Shown in pieces: positions 61,541 to 64,000 of a stretch of 64,000 nt of DNA. A program made the position numbers and the translations under genes. Source of the stretch: Minisyncoccia bacterium (lineage in GTDB: Bacteria > Patescibacteriota > Minisyncoccia > SW-4-49-11); contig JBIKWJ010000001.1 of the NCBI GenBank assembly GCA_044356325.1, positions 56,305-120,304 of the forward strand. Reading direction: 5' to 3'. Position 1 is the stretch's first letter, and each line of letters begins with the position of its first letter. The notes beneath the pieces were generated by a model. It did not search any database and was not told the origin of the DNA. It saw only the letters and a program-made list of their open reading frames with translations.

Positions 61541-61990
61541 TTATCTCACCAAACTCTCTATATAATTCTCTCTATTTTGTATGGACAAAATAACCTGCCC
61601 AACTACTCCGTCCATTGCTTTTTTGATTGCTATATCCTCAAAATGCACTATTTCTAAATGTAAACTTTTCAGGAAATTTTCTCTTATTAGATCATATTCC
61701 CCTTTATCATTATGACTATCTCCATCTATTTCGAATACTAAACCTAATTCAGGGATCAAAAAGTCTACAATATAATTTCCTATTATAACTTGTCTATCTA
61801 TATCATAGCCTAATAGTTTTTTGTCCTTAAACGCAAGCCAAAATAATACTTCTGACAATACACCTGCTTGCCTTAATTCTTTTGCTTTAGTTTTAAGTCT
61901 GGGATTCTTTGGTAATTTAGAGTAATTATATTTCCACCCCGTCTTTGTTTCACAAAGCCACCCCTCAAGAGGGGAATTTTTTAATTTCAT
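61541..61990 (-). CDS. DUF559 (Vsr-like) endonuclease
   Basis: AKELR....SEVLFW, RQVIIGNYIVDF, EIDGDSH and D..RE.FL motifs; start at MKLKN. Confidence 0.88.
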   Translation of the reverse strand: MKLKNSPLEGWLCETKTGWKYNYSKLPKNPRLKTKAKELRQAGVLSEVLFWLAFKDKKLLGYDIDRQVIIGNYIVDFLIPELGLVFEIDGDSHNDKGEYDLIRENFLKSLHLEIVHFEDIAIKKAMDGVVGQVILSIQNRENYIESLVR

Positions 61991-62080
61991 AATTTTATTA
62001 TATCTCAAATAAAGTATATCATAAGTTTTATTATACATTATATAAAACTATGTTTAAAGGTGGAATTTTGGTCTTGCAAC

Positions 62081-62380
62081 ATTCCCCTCTTGAGGGGTAC
62101 CGTCGGTAGACGGTGGGGTGGAGTATTTTGCAACTTGAATTTCTGTCTCCCTTCCTGCCTACCGCAGGCAGGTGGAGGGAGTACCCGCAAGGGGGAGGGT
62201 GGATAAAGTTTAATCTACAAATCTTATGTAAGAATTTTAATCTAATTATATTGTGCTAGCAATCCACCTCCGGCACGTTGTGCCACCTCCTCCCTGCCTA
62301 CCGCAGGCAGGCAAAGGAGGACAAAATAAGTATCATTAAAATATCTCCCTTTTGAAAGAATGGCCAGAGGGGGATTTTTT
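62081..62380. repeat. Cluster F of double-hairpin repeats upstream of the DUF559 gene
   Basis: CCCCTCTTGAGGGG..GGGGTGGA units in both orientations; 19-bp palindromes at 62154-62172 and 62293-62311. Confidence 0.85.
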
Positions 62381-62392
62381 AGCCCCATAATT

Positions 62393-62905
62393 TTATACTT
62401 TTGACCTAATTTGATCTAAATAGGTATTCAATGCTTTATAAAACTTGCCATTGATTGTTAAGTCTTCCAAAAATGCTTCCTCATAATTATCAAAATTCAT
62501 TATATCTGCACTGGCACTGACATCTAATATTTCAATCGATTTTACAGCTGGTTTAGTATCTGAGATTCCATCCCAAGAATTTATACTGAATATTCTAGTA
62601 AGCCCAATATCCCAAGTAGGATCTAAGATAATCCATTTATTATTTATCAAGACCTCTAGCCAAACATGTTCTCCACTATCATTATGTTCAGCTTTCATTA
62701 CCTCCTCTGGAATATTTAACTGACTCCACAAAAATGTACATATTCTATATCTACATTCTAAACATTCTGCTTCTAATAACTTTTTTAATAATTCAACTTT
62801 ATACAAACAACTCCCGCCATGCTCCCCCCCCTTTGTCTCATCCAAGGCTAAGGGTATTCTATAAGGTATATCTCGAACTTGATTAAAAATTTCTATTAAA
62901 GTCAT
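62393..62905 (-). CDS. Transglutaminase-like (Cys-His-Asp) protein
   Basis: GSCLYK, HVWLEV and LDPTWD motifs. Confidence 0.75.
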   Translation of the reverse strand: MTLIEIFNQVRDIPYRIPLALDETKGGEHGGSCLYKVELLKKLLEAECLECRYRICTFLWSQLNIPEEVMKAEHNDSGEHVWLEVLINNKWIILDPTWDIGLTRIFSINSWDGISDTKPAVKSIEILDVSASADIMNFDNYEEAFLEDLTINGKFYKALNTYLDQIRSKV

Positions 62906-63471
62906 AATGTGATTTTCTTTATTATAATATCATCGGGGTCAAGATATAATCTGCCTATTCTATAATCAGCATAACCTTCTGGTCTGTTATTATTCACGGC
63001 ATATTTACCTTCTGGAGGATTTGGTATATTATGCACAGTTTTGAATTGGTTATATAACATTACACTTCTATCTAAGTTATAATGTTCATGATAATAACTA
63101 GCTGGACCTTTTATCTGATGATGTACAAAGACTTCCCAATTAATTTGGTCTGGTATAAATTCTATATATGGACCATGGTCTCCATAAACCACTCTCTCAT
63201 AGCCTATAGCTAAAATTTTTCCATTTTTATCATAAAATATAAATTCATTTGACCCTTTTTCTGGTAAATTATATTCTTTTTCTATCCTCTGACGGTCTCG
63301 CTCACGATTAGGAGTATCTACTGTAGACTTCCATTTTGTAGATTTTGGCAACATTTCGGGTAAATCCATCCCAACCGCCTGCCAAGACTGAGATAATAAT
63401 TTATCAAATTCCTCTTTAGATGTATTTTCTAGCTCAATGTAGAATTTGTGTGGATTTGGAGTATTTTCCAT
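62902..63471 (-). CDS. Hypothetical protein
   Basis: 189-aa ORF; ATGA overlap with the downstream gene. Confidence 0.75.
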   Translation of the reverse strand: MENTPNPHKFYIELENTSKEEFDKLLSQSWQAVGMDLPEMLPKSTKWKSTVDTPNRERDRQRIEKEYNLPEKGSNEFIFYDKNGKILAIGYERVVYGDHGPYIEFIPDQINWEVFVHHQIKGPASYYHEHYNLDRSVMLYNQFKTVHNIPNPPEGKYAVNNNRPEGYADYRIGRLYLDPDDIIIKKITL

Positions 63472-63601
63472 AACAATATTACAATATAATTATTTCATAT
63501 AATATAGCATATTTTAGACAACATAATAAATGGTTATTATATTTTGTAATATCATATCGTTTTATAGACCCCATAATAATACATAAGTTTGTAAGTGTAT
63601 A

Positions 63602-63630
63602 TTGACATTTTTAATAATTTATGATATAAT
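63602..63630 (+). promoter_or_regulatory. Consensus sigma-70 promoter
   Basis: TTGACA-17nt-TATAAT. Confidence 0.7.
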
Positions 63631-63660
63631 TGTTTTCGTAAAGTTTTGAGGCACTTCAAG

Positions 63661-63978
63661 ATGTATTCAAAAGAGCCCATCGGTAATTTGGACGGTATGT
63701 CCGAAGAACCATTGGGGAACCTTGATCACAGACCAAGCCAACATGAAACTCTGAGGGAGGTGCTCAGCGAAGGGCCATGCACACCTTATGAGTTAGCCCA
63801 GAAATTGTGCTTTAAACCTGGATTCCCCGATTTTAAGATGACCCAAACATGGTTGTCACAATTTCTGGAAATTGAGATCCCAAACGAGTATACAGGTATT
63901 GTCGTTCTCATAGGAGATTGGGTCCGAGTAGCTACAGTTACTCGGGCTATTCTCCTTCAGGATCGTCCACAGGATTAG
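63661..63978 (+). CDS. Hypothetical protein
   Basis: GAGG Shine-Dalgarno before ATG 63661; consensus promoter upstream. Confidence 0.6.
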   Translation: MYSKEPIGNLDGMSEEPLGNLDHRPSQHETLREVLSEGPCTPYELAQKLCFKPGFPDFKMTQTWLSQFLEIEIPNEYTGIVVLIGDWVRVATVTRAILLQDRPQD

Positions 63979-64000
63979 CCATATGATGAGTAGAAATAGT

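Noticed and set aside
63661-63730. Short peptide duplication (EPIGNLD/EPLGNLD)
   Set aside because: Only two diverged copies, with no further support for significance.

Overview
AT-rich bacterial chromosomal segment with most genes on the minus strand. The reduced, tightly packed gene set (thrS without a TGS domain, homodimeric-type glyS, VirD4-like ATPase pair, lamin-tail surface protein) suggests a Patescibacteria/CPR organism; this is inference. TGA ends secF and mreB, so the host uses genetic code 11. Core genes include thrS, glyS, argS, lysS, rplS, recR, dnaB, rseP, frr, map, adk, dnaK (with a CIRCE box), tatD, a class A PBP, secDF, mreB-mreC-mreD-like-mrdA and ruvB. There are 6 tRNAs and a GH8/BcsA-like/GT-C/GT2 glucan operon. 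The unusual content is non-coding. (1) Three tRNA genes (Ser, Leu, Gln) have downstream duplications of their 3' ends that enclose structured inserts or a cargo gene. Two of these share an exact 19-bp junction motif, and no integrase gene is visible in the window. (2) A nested family of palindromic repeats occurs at 7 intergenic sites: terminal inverted repeats, GTAG REP-like hairpins, CCCCTC/GAGGGG double hairpins and a 19-bp palindrome seen in filled and empty sites. These repeats are concentrated around, and partly inside, a DUF559/Vsr-like endonuclease gene. A GC-richer ORF at 1-1128 and a TGA-interrupted ORF at 43761-44006 are missing from the supplied ORF track.
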